Origin: a virus | Length of the DNA stretch: 64,000 nucleotides | Strand: one strand, 5' to 3' | Virus record (IMG/VR): IMGVR_UViG_3300037851_000192 | Span: 1-64,000 of that record | Shown: in pieces, positions 42,026 through 51,233 of the stretch | How the letters are laid out: the number at the start of each line of letters is the position of its first letter | Position numbering within the stretch: position 1 is the stretch's first letter | The notes under the pieces: model-generated | The model's input: the letters and a program-made list of their open reading frames with translations, nothing else | Databases searched by the model: none | What the model was told of the DNA's origin: nothing | Program-made: the position numbers and the translations under genes

Positions 42026-43609
42026 GTGCCGATCCACGTCGAGGACTTGAACGAGGACGTCCGCGCCACGCTTGCCGATATTGCGCGGCAGCGACACCGC
42101 GCGATCGTCGCGCGAGCGCGCGAGGATCCGGCGGTATTCACAACCCACGTCCTACGCGACGAGAAGACGGGCAAGCGGATCAAGCCAGCGCCGGCGCACT
42201 TGCGTTGGCACGAGTTGATCGACACGCACGACCGCTTGATCCTATGGGCGCACGTCGAGGCGGGGAAGACGGCGCAAATCAGCGTTGGCCGCTCGTTGTG
42301 GGAGCTTGGCCGGAACACGAACGTCCGGATCGCGATCGGGAGCAAGACGAAGCCGCTCGCGCAGAAGATCGTCCGCCAATGCCAGCAAGTGATCGCGGGT
42401 AGCTCGCCAATGTCGGCCGCCTACCGCGAGGTCTTTCCGAACGTCATACCCGCCAAGGATCCAAGCATGCCTTGGACCTCGCTCGCGATCACGATCGAGC
42501 GCACGAACCCGGTCCGCGATCCGTCGATCCAAGCCTTCGGCAACTTCGGGAACATCATTGGATCGCGTATCGACCTCTTGGTCTTGGACGATGTTCTCGA
42601 CCAAACGAACACGCGAACGCCCGCGCCGCGCGAGGCGCTTTGGGATTGGGTTCGCTCGACCTTGTTCGGCCGGCTCACGTCGAACGCGCGCGTCGTGCTC
42701 GTCGGGAACGCTTGGCACCCGGACGATCTCATGCACCGCTTCGAGCGCGAGCCCCGTTTCCGTGGCTTCCGGTTCCCGGTCCTCGATCCGAACGGGCTCC
42801 CGACGTGGCCCGAGCGTTGGCCGATCGAGCGCGTCGAGGCGGCCCGCGAAGACTTCGGTCCGTTGGATTATGCGCGGCAGCTATTTTGCCAACCGCGCGA
42901 CGACGACTCCGCGCGCTTCAAGCGCGAATGGGTCGAAGCCGCGCTCGCTCGTGGCTCCGGGCTCGACTTCCTTCCGACCCGCGCCGAGGTCCTCGAGGAG
43001 TTGACCGACCCGGCAACGGCGGCGCTCTATCGGCTCGGGAAGATCCTCGCGAACGACAAGATCCGGATCTTCACCGGCGTCGATCTTGCCGTTCAACAGC
43101 ACGCGGCCGCGGACCTCACGAGCTTCGTCACGATCGCGGTGCTTCCCGACGGGACGCGGCGCCTTTGCTCGGTCGAGAGTGGGCGTTGGGGAGCGCCCGA
43201 GATCCTCGCCCGGATCGAAGAACACGATCGCCGCTACCAACCGATCTTCGTGGTCGAGAACGTAGGCGCGCAAGACTACATCGTGCAACTTGTGCGCGCG
43301 ACGACGGCGATCCCCGTGATCCCCTACACGACCGGCAAGACGAAGGCGCATCCGGAATTTGGCGTCGAGGGGATCGCGGCCGAACTCGCGGCCGCTAAGT
43401 GGATCTTTCCGAACGCGGGGGCGAGCGATCGCGGCGGCGCGAAAATGCACCGCGAGGTCTTCGCGCTCGTGCAAGAGCTACTCTCCTACGATCCGCGCTC
43501 GCACACGGGCGACCGGCTCATGGCGCTTTTCTTCGCTCGCGAGGGCGCACGCACAACCGAGGCGCGGCTCGGTTCCGGCCGCGCGCGGGCTACAGTGATC
43601 AAGGCATGA
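42026..43609 (+). CDS. terminase large subunit
   Basis: WAHVEAGKTAQIS (Walker A-like), IDLLVLDDVLD (Walker B-like); size and position upstream of portal. Confidence 0.8.
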   Translation: MPIHVEDLNEDVRATLADIARQRHRAIVARAREDPAVFTTHVLRDEKTGKRIKPAPAHLRWHELIDTHDRLILWAHVEAGKTAQISVGRSLWELGRNTNVRIAIGSKTKPLAQKIVRQCQQVIAGSSPMSAAYREVFPNVIPAKDPSMPWTSLAITIERTNPVRDPSIQAFGNFGNIIGSRIDLLVLDDVLDQTNTRTPAPREALWDWVRSTLFGRLTSNARVVLVGNAWHPDDLMHRFEREPRFRGFRFPVLDPNGLPTWPERWPIERVEAAREDFGPLDYARQLFCQPRDDDSARFKREWVEAALARGSGLDFLPTRAEVLEELTDPATAALYRLGKILANDKIRIFTGVDLAVQQHAAADLTSFVTIAVLPDGTRRLCSVESGRWGAPEILARIEEHDRRYQPIFVVENVGAQDYIVQLVRATTAIPVIPYTTGKTKAHPEFGVEGIAAELAAAKWIFPNAGASDRGGAKMHREVFALVQELLSYDPRSHTGDRLMALFFAREGARTTEARLGSGRARATVIKA

Positions 43610-44067
43610 AGTTCCAACCGACCCCGATCGAACCCGTCAAGCGACCCACGATTCACGACGCGAAGCTCCTCGGCGGGCTCGAGGACGGCGATCTTCTCGT
43701 GGCGGTTGGCGGCGTGGCGTTCTCGTTTCACCGGCTGCCCGACGGCGATTGGACCGGCGGGGGCGCCATGACGATCGGCCGCGGTTGGGAGATCGACGAG
43801 CGTTGGCTTACGGCTGCCCGTGGCGTTGCGGCCGAGGCGCTACGCGCCGCGATCATGGCGGGCGGCGAGCCCGGCGAGGAGCCGGTCGAGACCGTGCGCT
43901 GCCCGGAGTGCGAGCGCCTCTTGTCGAGCGCGGCGCTTGTTCGCGCGATCGAGGTCGCCTCAATCTCGTGCGGCCCGGCGCACGTCGTCGCGTTTTCGGA
44001 TGGCTTCGAGGTCATATTCGGGCCGCACGGGATCACAACCTCGCAACGCGAGGCCGGCGGCGGGTAG
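43606..44067 (+). CDS. hypothetical protein
   Basis: ATGA overlap start 43606; RCPECERLL. Confidence 0.5.
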   Translation: MKFQPTPIEPVKRPTIHDAKLLGGLEDGDLLVAVGGVAFSFHRLPDGDWTGGGAMTIGRGWEIDERWLTAARGVAAEALRAAIMAGGEPGEEPVETVRCPECERLLSSAALVRAIEVASISCGPAHVVAFSDGFEVIFGPHGITTSQREAGGG

Positions 44068-44078
44068 AATGCGACGCC

Positions 44079-44270
44079 ATGGACACCGGCGACTTCTTGA
44101 TCGCGGTCGCGTTCGGCGTCTTCCTTCTTGCGTTGATCTCGTCACAACGCCGGCAAGCCGTGATCACGAGGCGCTCAGATCGCCGCGCGATCGCGGACGC
44201 CATCGCGCGGACCTCGGCGGAGCCCGCGCCGATCACGGTCGACCGCCCAAGCCGTAGGGGCAAGAGGTGA
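44079..44270 (+). CDS. small membrane protein
   Basis: ATG 44079; FLIAVAFGVFLLALISS. Confidence 0.4.
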   Translation: MDTGDFLIAVAFGVFLLALISSQRRQAVITRRSDRRAIADAIARTSAEPAPITVDRPSRRGKR

Positions 44271-44521
44271 GCATGGACCCGAAGGTTGCCGAAGACCTAG
44301 CGCACGAACTCCTCGAGCGGCTCCGCCCGTTGGCCCGCGCGCCGTGGGGGGCGGAGGCGTTCGCGGAGGCGAGGCGGATCGCGGTCTCGTTCTTGGTCGA
44401 GCGTCTCGGCCCGAGCGATCGGATCGTCGAGGTTGTGGCGAAGCACTGCCAAGCCTCGGAGAAGCGCGTCGCCTTCGACGTGCGCGCGATCCTCGAGGAG
44501 CTAGCGGAGCCCAAGGCGTGA
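44267..44521 (+). CDS. hypothetical protein
   Basis: ORF 44267..44521 (GTGA overlap; alternative ATG 44273). Confidence 0.5.
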   Translation: MSMDPKVAEDLAHELLERLRPLARAPWGAEAFAEARRIAVSFLVERLGPSDRIVEVVAKHCQASEKRVAFDVRAILEELAEPKA

Positions 44522-44781
44522 GCCGGCCGCGGCGTTGCTGGGGCCCGGCTCCGAGTCAACACGCGGAGGGCTGCCGGCTTGGCCGTCCGCTCTGCCGATG
44601 GCGGCGGCGCGAGGCGGAGAAATACCGCGCGTGCTCGTGCGGCGCGGTGCCGTTTCCGCACCGGCGGGGCTATTGCCGATCGGGCTCGGCCGATCTCTAC
44701 ATGCTCCGGAAGGTCTACGGCGAGGAGCAAGTCGAGGCGTGGCTTCGAGAGCGAGGAGCGGCCGGAGGCGCGGCGGGCTAG
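44518..44781 (+). CDS. possible Cys-rich small protein
   Basis: GTG 44518 (GTGA overlap) in ORF 44344..44781; Arg-rich, weak call. Confidence 0.3.
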   Translation: MSRPRRCWGPAPSQHAEGCRLGRPLCRWRRREAEKYRACSCGAVPFPHRRGYCRSGSADLYMLRKVYGEEQVEAWLRERGAAGGAAG

Positions 44782-44825
44782 ATAGGTGCTCGCACTTGCC
44801 AGCGTTCCGCGGTAGTCTTCGGGCC

Positions 44826-45080
44826 ATGCAGCACAAGGTCCGCGTCCATGAGTGGGACGAGTCGAAAGCGCGGCGGCGTGTGCCGTTGTCGCTTCTCGGC
44901 GAGTTCGCCTTCGACGGACCCGTGATCGTGGACGGGATCGGGGACGTCGATACGGTTCGCCAAATCGCTCGCGACGAGATCGCGCGGCGCTTCCCGCGCC
45001 GGCGTCTTCACGGGCTCTCGTGCGTCGTCGGCGGCGGGCTGGCGGCCGTGATCGCTCCGGTAGAAGGGACCGCACCATGA
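44826..45080 (+). CDS. hypothetical protein
   Basis: ATG 44826, 7 nt after TAGTCT (-10-like). Confidence 0.5.
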   Translation: MQHKVRVHEWDESKARRRVPLSLLGEFAFDGPVIVDGIGDVDTVRQIARDEIARRFPRRRLHGLSCVVGGGLAAVIAPVEGTAP

Positions 45081-45352
45081 GGCTCGAAACCTACGCGCTC
45101 GACTTCCCCACGACGATCGCAACCGGAAGCCCGCTCCGGTGCGCCGACTTGATCACCAAGTACATTCAGATCGCCAACTTCACCGGCGCCGCGGTAGTGC
45201 AAGGGTCGATCAACGGGACGGATTTCGAGGACGTCTACACGGCGGCCGCGGGGATCGCCGCGATCACGCCGTCGATCGTTTGGATCCGGATGAAGCGCAC
45301 GACGGGCGGAACGGGAACGGCCCACCTTGCGGGCTTCGGTCGCGAGGGCTAG
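45077..45352 (+). CDS. hypothetical protein
   Basis: ATGA overlap start 45077. Confidence 0.5.
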   Translation: MRLETYALDFPTTIATGSPLRCADLITKYIQIANFTGAAVVQGSINGTDFEDVYTAAAGIAAITPSIVWIRMKRTTGGTGTAHLAGFGREG

Positions 45353-45355
45353 CGC

Positions 45356-47359
45356 ATGAAAAGCGCGGCGATCGTGAAGGCGTCGGTCTACGACGCGGAA
45401 GCGAAACGCTCGAACATCGTTCCCACGAACGAGGACGAGCGCTTCTATTCGATCACCGGCGCGATCCCTCCGCCCTACGATCCGGAGCAGCTCTGCTCCT
45501 TGTACGAGAAAAGCTCGAACCTCCGGCCGAACGTCGAAGCGCTCACAACCAACGTCGAGGCGTTCGGCTTTCGGCTCGAGTCGGCGATCGACTTGCACGC
45601 ACCGGACGCGGACGCGCGGATCGCGGATTCGATCTTGATCGAAGCCTTGTTCGATGGCCGCGTGCCGAATCTCGACAAGGCCGCGGTCGCGGCGCGCCGG
45701 CTCGAACTTCAAGCCCTCGAGCGCGTCGAGCGCTTGCGGACCGCTCTGTTCTTCGAGCACTGTTGCGCGGAGTCGTCTTTTGTCGAGCTACGCAAGCGCA
45801 CGCGCGTTGACCTCGAAGTCACGGGCAACGCCTACTGGGAAGTGCTTCGGAACCGCATGGGCGAGATCGCGCAATTCGTCTACGTGCCGAGCACGACCAT
45901 GCGCCTCATGCGTTCCGATCTCGAGTTCACGGAGGCCGAAACTTGGCAACGTGTATCGGCTGCCGAGTTCCGCCGCGTGACCGAGTTCCGCCGCTTCCGT
46001 CGCTTCGTTCAGTACATTCGCGGGCAGGAAGTTGCCTACTTCAAGGAGTTCGGCGATCCGCGCACGGTCTCGGCAAGAACCGGCCGCGTCTACCCGGACG
46101 AGGCTTCGTTCCATCGGACCGAGCCGAAGACGCCGACGGCTTCCGAGATCGTCCACTTCCGGATCCATTCTCCGCTCTCGGTCTACGGCGTGCCGCGTTG
46201 GGTCGGTGCAACGTGCGCCGTTGCCGGAACGCGCAACGCCGAGGAAGTCAACCTAGACTACTTCGACGCGAAGGCGGTCCCGCCGTTCGCGATCCTTGTC
46301 TCGGGTGGCGTGCTCGCGGAGGGCGCGGCCGATCGGATCAAGGATTACATTCGAGACCAGATCAAGGGAAAGGAGAACTTTCATTCGGTCATGGTCCTCG
46401 AGGCCGAGCCCGCCGGCGGCGGTGCCGTGACCGGAATGCAAGGCGCGCGCGTGCGGATCGAGATCAAGAACCTCCGCGATGCGCAGAACGCCGACGCCTT
46501 GTTCCAAGTCTACGAGCAGAACAACGCCGAGAAGGTCGGCAGCGCCTACCGAATCCCGAAGATCCTCCGCGGTTCGATGCTCGACTTCAACCGAAGCACG
46601 GCCGACGCCGCGCTTCGCTACTCCGAGCAACAGGTCTTCAACCCCGAGCGGCAAGCCTTCGATTACTTCGTGAACCAACGGATCCTCACGGATCGCGGCG
46701 TGCGCTTCTTGCGCTTCACGTCGAACTCGCCGGTCGAGAAGGATCCGCCGGTGCTCGTGGATATGGCGGCGAAGCTCGTGGACTCGGGCGTGATCACGCC
46801 GAACGAGGCGCGCGTGATCGCGGCCGATGCGTTCAATACGCGGTACGATCCGGTCTCGGCGCCGTGGGCGCGCATCCCTCCGAAGTGCGCGCAACTTGGC
46901 TTCTCGCCCGAGCCTACGCCGGAGGAAGCCGAGCAAGCCGCGGCCGAGGGATCGGCCGCTCGTCCACAAGTCACGCTCGCGCCGACGGACGCCGCTTCCG
47001 TCGTGACCGTGAACGAGGCGAGAAGCTCGCTCGGTCTCGGGCAGCTCATGAGCGCCGACGGATCCTCCGATCCGGATGGCTTCTTGTCGCTTGCGCAATT
47101 CCGCGCGAAGCAAGACGCAACGGGCGGCGTTGCGCTACCTTCGCCGGCCGATGCTCCGCTCGAGACGCAAGCGCGTCGGCTTGTCGAACTTCGCGATCAA
47201 CTTCGCGAGGTCGAAGGCTTCGCGGGCGAGGCCGCGCTCCGTGAAGCTCGAAGGGCCGAGGCCGAGGCCGTGCACCATGTTCCGGCCGCGGAATGGAACC
47301 GTTGGTTCGGCGATGCGCCGGCCGCGGAGGAAGAAGCCGAGCAGACCGAGGGGGGATAG
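45356..47359 (+). CDS. portal protein
   Basis: 667-aa ORF between terminase and MuF-like gene. Call rests on size and synteny; no motif verified. Confidence 0.7.
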   Translation: MKSAAIVKASVYDAEAKRSNIVPTNEDERFYSITGAIPPPYDPEQLCSLYEKSSNLRPNVEALTTNVEAFGFRLESAIDLHAPDADARIADSILIEALFDGRVPNLDKAAVAARRLELQALERVERLRTALFFEHCCAESSFVELRKRTRVDLEVTGNAYWEVLRNRMGEIAQFVYVPSTTMRLMRSDLEFTEAETWQRVSAAEFRRVTEFRRFRRFVQYIRGQEVAYFKEFGDPRTVSARTGRVYPDEASFHRTEPKTPTASEIVHFRIHSPLSVYGVPRWVGATCAVAGTRNAEEVNLDYFDAKAVPPFAILVSGGVLAEGAADRIKDYIRDQIKGKENFHSVMVLEAEPAGGGAVTGMQGARVRIEIKNLRDAQNADALFQVYEQNNAEKVGSAYRIPKILRGSMLDFNRSTADAALRYSEQQVFNPERQAFDYFVNQRILTDRGVRFLRFTSNSPVEKDPPVLVDMAAKLVDSGVITPNEARVIAADAFNTRYDPVSAPWARIPPKCAQLGFSPEPTPEEAEQAAAEGSAARPQVTLAPTDAASVVTVNEARSSLGLGQLMSADGSSDPDGFLSLAQFRAKQDATGGVALPSPADAPLETQARRLVELRDQLREVEGFAGEAALREARRAEAEAVHHVPAAEWNRWFGDAPAAEEEAEQTEGG

Positions 47360-47362
47360 CTC

Positions 47363-47695
47363 ATGAGCGAACCGGGCGAAGTGATCGCGCGGTGCACGCT
47401 CACGGCCGCGAGCTATCAGAAGTGCCTTGCGACGCTCGAACGCGGGCAAGTCAAGCGCGTGATCCAACGTGGCCCGCTCGTCGGGTATTACCTTTGCTGC
47501 CCGTCGTGCGGTTGGGCTAGCGCCTACCTTCACGAGAAGTGCGGATACGTCGAGGCCGAGCCCTACGTCGGGACGTCATGGCCGCGGCGGCTCGTCGGGA
47601 TCACGAATCCCCCGACGTGCCACAAGTGCCGATCGCGTTTGTCGATCGAGAGCGGCGTCGAGGGCTTCGACCTCGTGGCGCGGGGGCAGCCGTGA
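47363..47695 (+). CDS. zinc-ribbon protein
   Basis: CCPSCGW...CHKCRS. Confidence 0.5.
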   Translation: MSEPGEVIARCTLTAASYQKCLATLERGQVKRVIQRGPLVGYYLCCPSCGWASAYLHEKCGYVEAEPYVGTSWPRRLVGITNPPTCHKCRSRLSIESGVEGFDLVARGQP

Positions 47696-50600
47696 TCGGG
47701 CTCGTCGCCATCCGAAGGGGCCGCTACGCGGCGGACGAGATTCTCGCCAAGGTCTTCGGCCTTCCCGTGCGGAAGGCGCGACGAGTCAACCCGAACAAGC
47801 CGAAGGGCTTTGACGCCTTCGTGGTCTCGCTGCTCGGGGATCTTGTCGAGGAAGCCGAGCCGATCGAACGCGAGGCGATCAAGACGTGGCTCCGCGATAT
47901 GGATCGCAACTGGCCGTCCATGACGAAGGACCAACGGAACGCGGCGATCGACCGCGCCGCGCGGGAATGGCTCGACACGACGCGACGGATCCCGGTCCAT
48001 CAATGGCCAACCTACGCCGCGCACGGCAAGACGATCGTCGAGCAAACGAAGGCGGCCGCGGTCCTCGAACACGGGATCCGGATCGTGCCGTCGTTCGACC
48101 TCGTGGACGCGCAAGCCGTGAAGTCGTCGGCGGAAATGCAGGCGTTCTACACGCGCAACTCCTACGGGTTGCGCGAAGTGCAAATGAGCGAGCAAGCGCG
48201 GAAGATCGTGTCCGCGGGGATCGAGGGCGGGCTTGACCGCTACGAGATCGGGAAAGACCTCGCGGCGATGGCGGCGACGGGCCCGGTTTCGTGGCAGCGA
48301 TCGATGGGTTACTTTCAGATGATCGCGTCCGTCTTCACGGCACGCGCGCGGAGCTACTCGAACCTTTCGGCCTACCAGCAAGCCGAGATCGAGCGCTTCC
48401 GATTCGAGGCCGTCCTAGACGAAGTGACGACCGACGTTTGCCGCATGATGCACGGCAAGACGTTCACGACTTCGACCGCGCTCGAGGGCTACGCGAAGGT
48501 GGCGGCGAGCGAAGATCCCGAGGACGTGAAGACGATCCAACCGTGGGTCCAAACCGGGAAGAACGAGCAGGGCGACCAGATCCTCTACTACAAGAACGCC
48601 GAGGGCTCGCGCGTGAAGGTCGCGAGCGTCAACGAATCGGCGGTCGGCAAGAAGGACACGATCGGGAGCTATGCGGGCATGAGCCCGCGGCAACTCGAGC
48701 GCGCGGGGATCTCCGCTCCGCCGTTGCACGGGCATTGTCGATCCGTGATCGTTCCCGCCAGCATGCAAGGCGGCGTTGGTGCCGTTCCGCGCGGGCCCGC
48801 TCCGGCAGCGGTTCCCGTGGCGCCTTCCGCGCCCGTGGCTCCGGCGGCCCCGCCACCCGCTCCGGCTCCCGTCGTTCCGACGGCTCCGGCCCCCGCGCCC
48901 GTTGTACCGCCTCCGGCCGCGGCCCCCGCTCCGCCTCCGGTCCTTCGGACCGATCAAGATCGCGCGTGGCACGCGCTCGACCGGCTCGGCCGGCTCCCGC
49001 GCGCCGACCCGAACGATCGCGAGTTCGACGCGATCGTCAACCCGATCCCGAGCGCGAGGCCTGACAGTTACGCGCTTCCGTGGACCGACAAGACCGAGCG
49101 GCAGGTTGGGCGCTTGTCCGAACGCTTCCGGCAACTCGAGGCCTCGGGCGGGGCCCCGCCGGCGCAGCAAGTGAAGATCAACCAACTCCGATCTATGTCG
49201 CCGGACTTGCTTCGCGCGAACGTCATGACGGGGATCGGCGAGGAGTTCACGGGCGCGCCGGGCGAGATCCCGCTCCTCGTTCGGCATAGGGGGCAGCTCT
49301 ACATTTACGAGAACGCCGAGCGCGTCGCGGCCGCGACGCTCGGCGGGCGATCAACCATCGCGGCGCACGTTATCGACCTCGACGCCGACGAACCGTGGCC
49401 GAAGCCCGCGCCGACCCCGGCCGCGGCTCCCCCGTTGGTTCGACAACCGGCGCCGATTGCACCGCGGCCCGTCGCTCCGCCTCCGCCTCCGCCTCCGGCG
49501 CCGATCATTCCGGCTCGCGCGCGGACGTTCCGCGACGACGAGGCGCGCGGATCCTTCGCGCTCGAACAGCTAAGCGGCCTCCCCGAGTTCGACTCCGGCG
49601 AACCGTCGGATCTTCGGTTCGTGCAGAATCCGATCCCGAGCTTCACGCGCGAGGTGACGGGCTACTCGAACCCGCCATGGTCGGCCGAGAACCAAGCCCG
49701 GCTTACAAAGTTCGAGGAACGGCTAGGCGTGCTCCGGAAGGAGGGGCGCGCACCGCTCCCGCGCGCCTTGCGGATCGGCGAACTCCAATCAATGTCGCCG
49801 GACTTGCTTCCGAAGAACATCGCGCAAGGCGTCGTCGAGGAGTTCTACGGCGTGCCGGGCGATACCCCCGTGGTCGTTCGCACGGGCGGCAAGCTCTACG
49901 TTTACACGAACGTCGAGCGCGTCGCGGCCGCGAAGCTCGGCGGCCGATCGACCGTCTCGGCGCACGTTATCGACCTCGACGCGCGGAAGCCGTGGCGCGC
50001 TCCGCCGAAGAAGAAGAAGCCGGAGCCCGCGCCCGCGCCCGCGCCCGGCGAGGAGCCGAAGCCGAAGAAGATCCCGGTCTCCTATGTTTCATCCGAGGAG
50101 TTCGCGCGCAAGCACACGAGCGCCTACGCTTCGGCCTTCACGAAGAAGGAGTTCGCGGCCGCCGCGCGCAAGGTCTTCCCTTCGGACAAGATCCCGACCG
50201 TCGAGTCGCTCGAGAAGGTATGGGGCAGCGAAGCGGCCGAGCACTCGATCAAGATTTCGAGCGTGCGCGCTTACGACGAGGACGGCGTCGCGAAAGTGTG
50301 GCTAAGCGGCGACATTATCGGACCCAAGGGCAACTCGATCGGAAGGATCACGCGCACGTTCATTCGATACCCGAAGGACCGACGGCACCCGAACGGGTTG
50401 CTTGAAGTGCATCACGACTACTTCAAGATCGAGGACGCCGACGAGCAGGGGAAGAAGACCGGCGAGAGCATGCTCCGGCAATCGATCCAAACCTACGAGG
50501 AGCTTGGCGCGCACAAGCTCACGGTCGATGCCGCGTGGGTCGGCCGCTACACTTGGGCCACCTTCGGTTACAACTGGACCGAGAACTATGGGCGGAACAC

Positions 50601-50889
50601 GATCGCGCCGCGGTTGACGCGCTACCTCGTCTCGAAGGGGATCGACCAAGAGCGAGCCGCGGGCCTAGCGGCGAGCGTGGCCACGGAGTCGTGGGCGGTC
50701 GCGGCGCTCGACGTAGACGACAGAAGGATCAACGTCACGAGCGAGGGGAAGAAAATGGACATGAAGCTCGGCAAGGCGTTCCTGTTGGAATACACGAACA
50801 CGAGCGGCGATATGTGGAGCGGCACGATCGACCTCGAGGACAAGAGTCACCCGACCTACCAGCGCGCGAAGGCGCGCGTTGGTCTCTAG
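47692..50889 (+). CDS. MuF/SPP1 gp7-like minor head protein with two ParB-like repeats and a GNAT-like C-terminal domain
   Basis: GTG 47692 (GTGA overlap); LDEVTTDVCRMMHGKTF and PPLHGHCRSVIVP (MuF); repeats at 48946-49386 and 49522-49986; EQGKKTGESMLRQSIQTYEELGAHKL (GNAT motif-A-like). Confidence 0.7.
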   Translation: MIGLVAIRRGRYAADEILAKVFGLPVRKARRVNPNKPKGFDAFVVSLLGDLVEEAEPIEREAIKTWLRDMDRNWPSMTKDQRNAAIDRAAREWLDTTRRIPVHQWPTYAAHGKTIVEQTKAAAVLEHGIRIVPSFDLVDAQAVKSSAEMQAFYTRNSYGLREVQMSEQARKIVSAGIEGGLDRYEIGKDLAAMAATGPVSWQRSMGYFQMIASVFTARARSYSNLSAYQQAEIERFRFEAVLDEVTTDVCRMMHGKTFTTSTALEGYAKVAASEDPEDVKTIQPWVQTGKNEQGDQILYYKNAEGSRVKVASVNESAVGKKDTIGSYAGMSPRQLERAGISAPPLHGHCRSVIVPASMQGGVGAVPRGPAPAAVPVAPSAPVAPAAPPPAPAPVVPTAPAPAPVVPPPAAAPAPPPVLRTDQDRAWHALDRLGRLPRADPNDREFDAIVNPIPSARPDSYALPWTDKTERQVGRLSERFRQLEASGGAPPAQQVKINQLRSMSPDLLRANVMTGIGEEFTGAPGEIPLLVRHRGQLYIYENAERVAAATLGGRSTIAAHVIDLDADEPWPKPAPTPAAAPPLVRQPAPIAPRPVAPPPPPPPAPIIPARARTFRDDEARGSFALEQLSGLPEFDSGEPSDLRFVQNPIPSFTREVTGYSNPPWSAENQARLTKFEERLGVLRKEGRAPLPRALRIGELQSMSPDLLPKNIAQGVVEEFYGVPGDTPVVVRTGGKLYVYTNVERVAAAKLGGRSTVSAHVIDLDARKPWRAPPKKKKPEPAPAPAPGEEPKPKKIPVSYVSSEEFARKHTSAYASAFTKKEFAAAARKVFPSDKIPTVESLEKVWGSEAAEHSIKISSVRAYDEDGVAKVWLSGDIIGPKGNSIGRITRTFIRYPKDRRHPNGLLEVHHDYFKIEDADEQGKKTGESMLRQSIQTYEELGAHKLTVDAAWVGRYTWATFGYNWTENYGRNTIAPRLTRYLVSKGIDQERAAGLAASVATESWAVAALDVDDRRINVTSEGKKMDMKLGKAFLLEYTNTSGDMWSGTIDLEDKSHPTYQRAKARVGL

Positions 50890-50906
50890 CGCCCAAGGCG
50901 TAGATC

Positions 50907-51188
50907 ATGGCGAAGAAGCAAGAGGGGCAGCCCCCGCACGGGACCGGCGACGAGGGACTCGCGATCGACCTCGAGGAAGCGGCCGACCGCGCGAACCAAA
51001 CGGAGCCGCAACCGAATTGGGGCGAGCTTGCGACGATCACGGCCGAGACCAACCGCTTGCGCGAGGCCGGCGGGTTCGACGTTGCGGCGCGTGCGGGGCT
51101 CTTGATCCGGATGCGAAACGCGATCCCGTCCGGTCCGCTCTGGCAATACCTCGTCGACCGCACGGCGGCGGAGATCCTTCGCGACTAG
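50907..51188 (+). CDS. hypothetical protein
   Basis: ORF 50907..51188. Confidence 0.5.
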   Translation: MAKKQEGQPPHGTGDEGLAIDLEEAADRANQTEPQPNWGELATITAETNRLREAGGFDVAARAGLLIRMRNAIPSGPLWQYLVDRTAAEILRD

Positions 51189-51233
51189 TTCGAGGGCTAG
51201 TCGGGCACGGGCTCGAGTGGTAACTTCGGGCCC

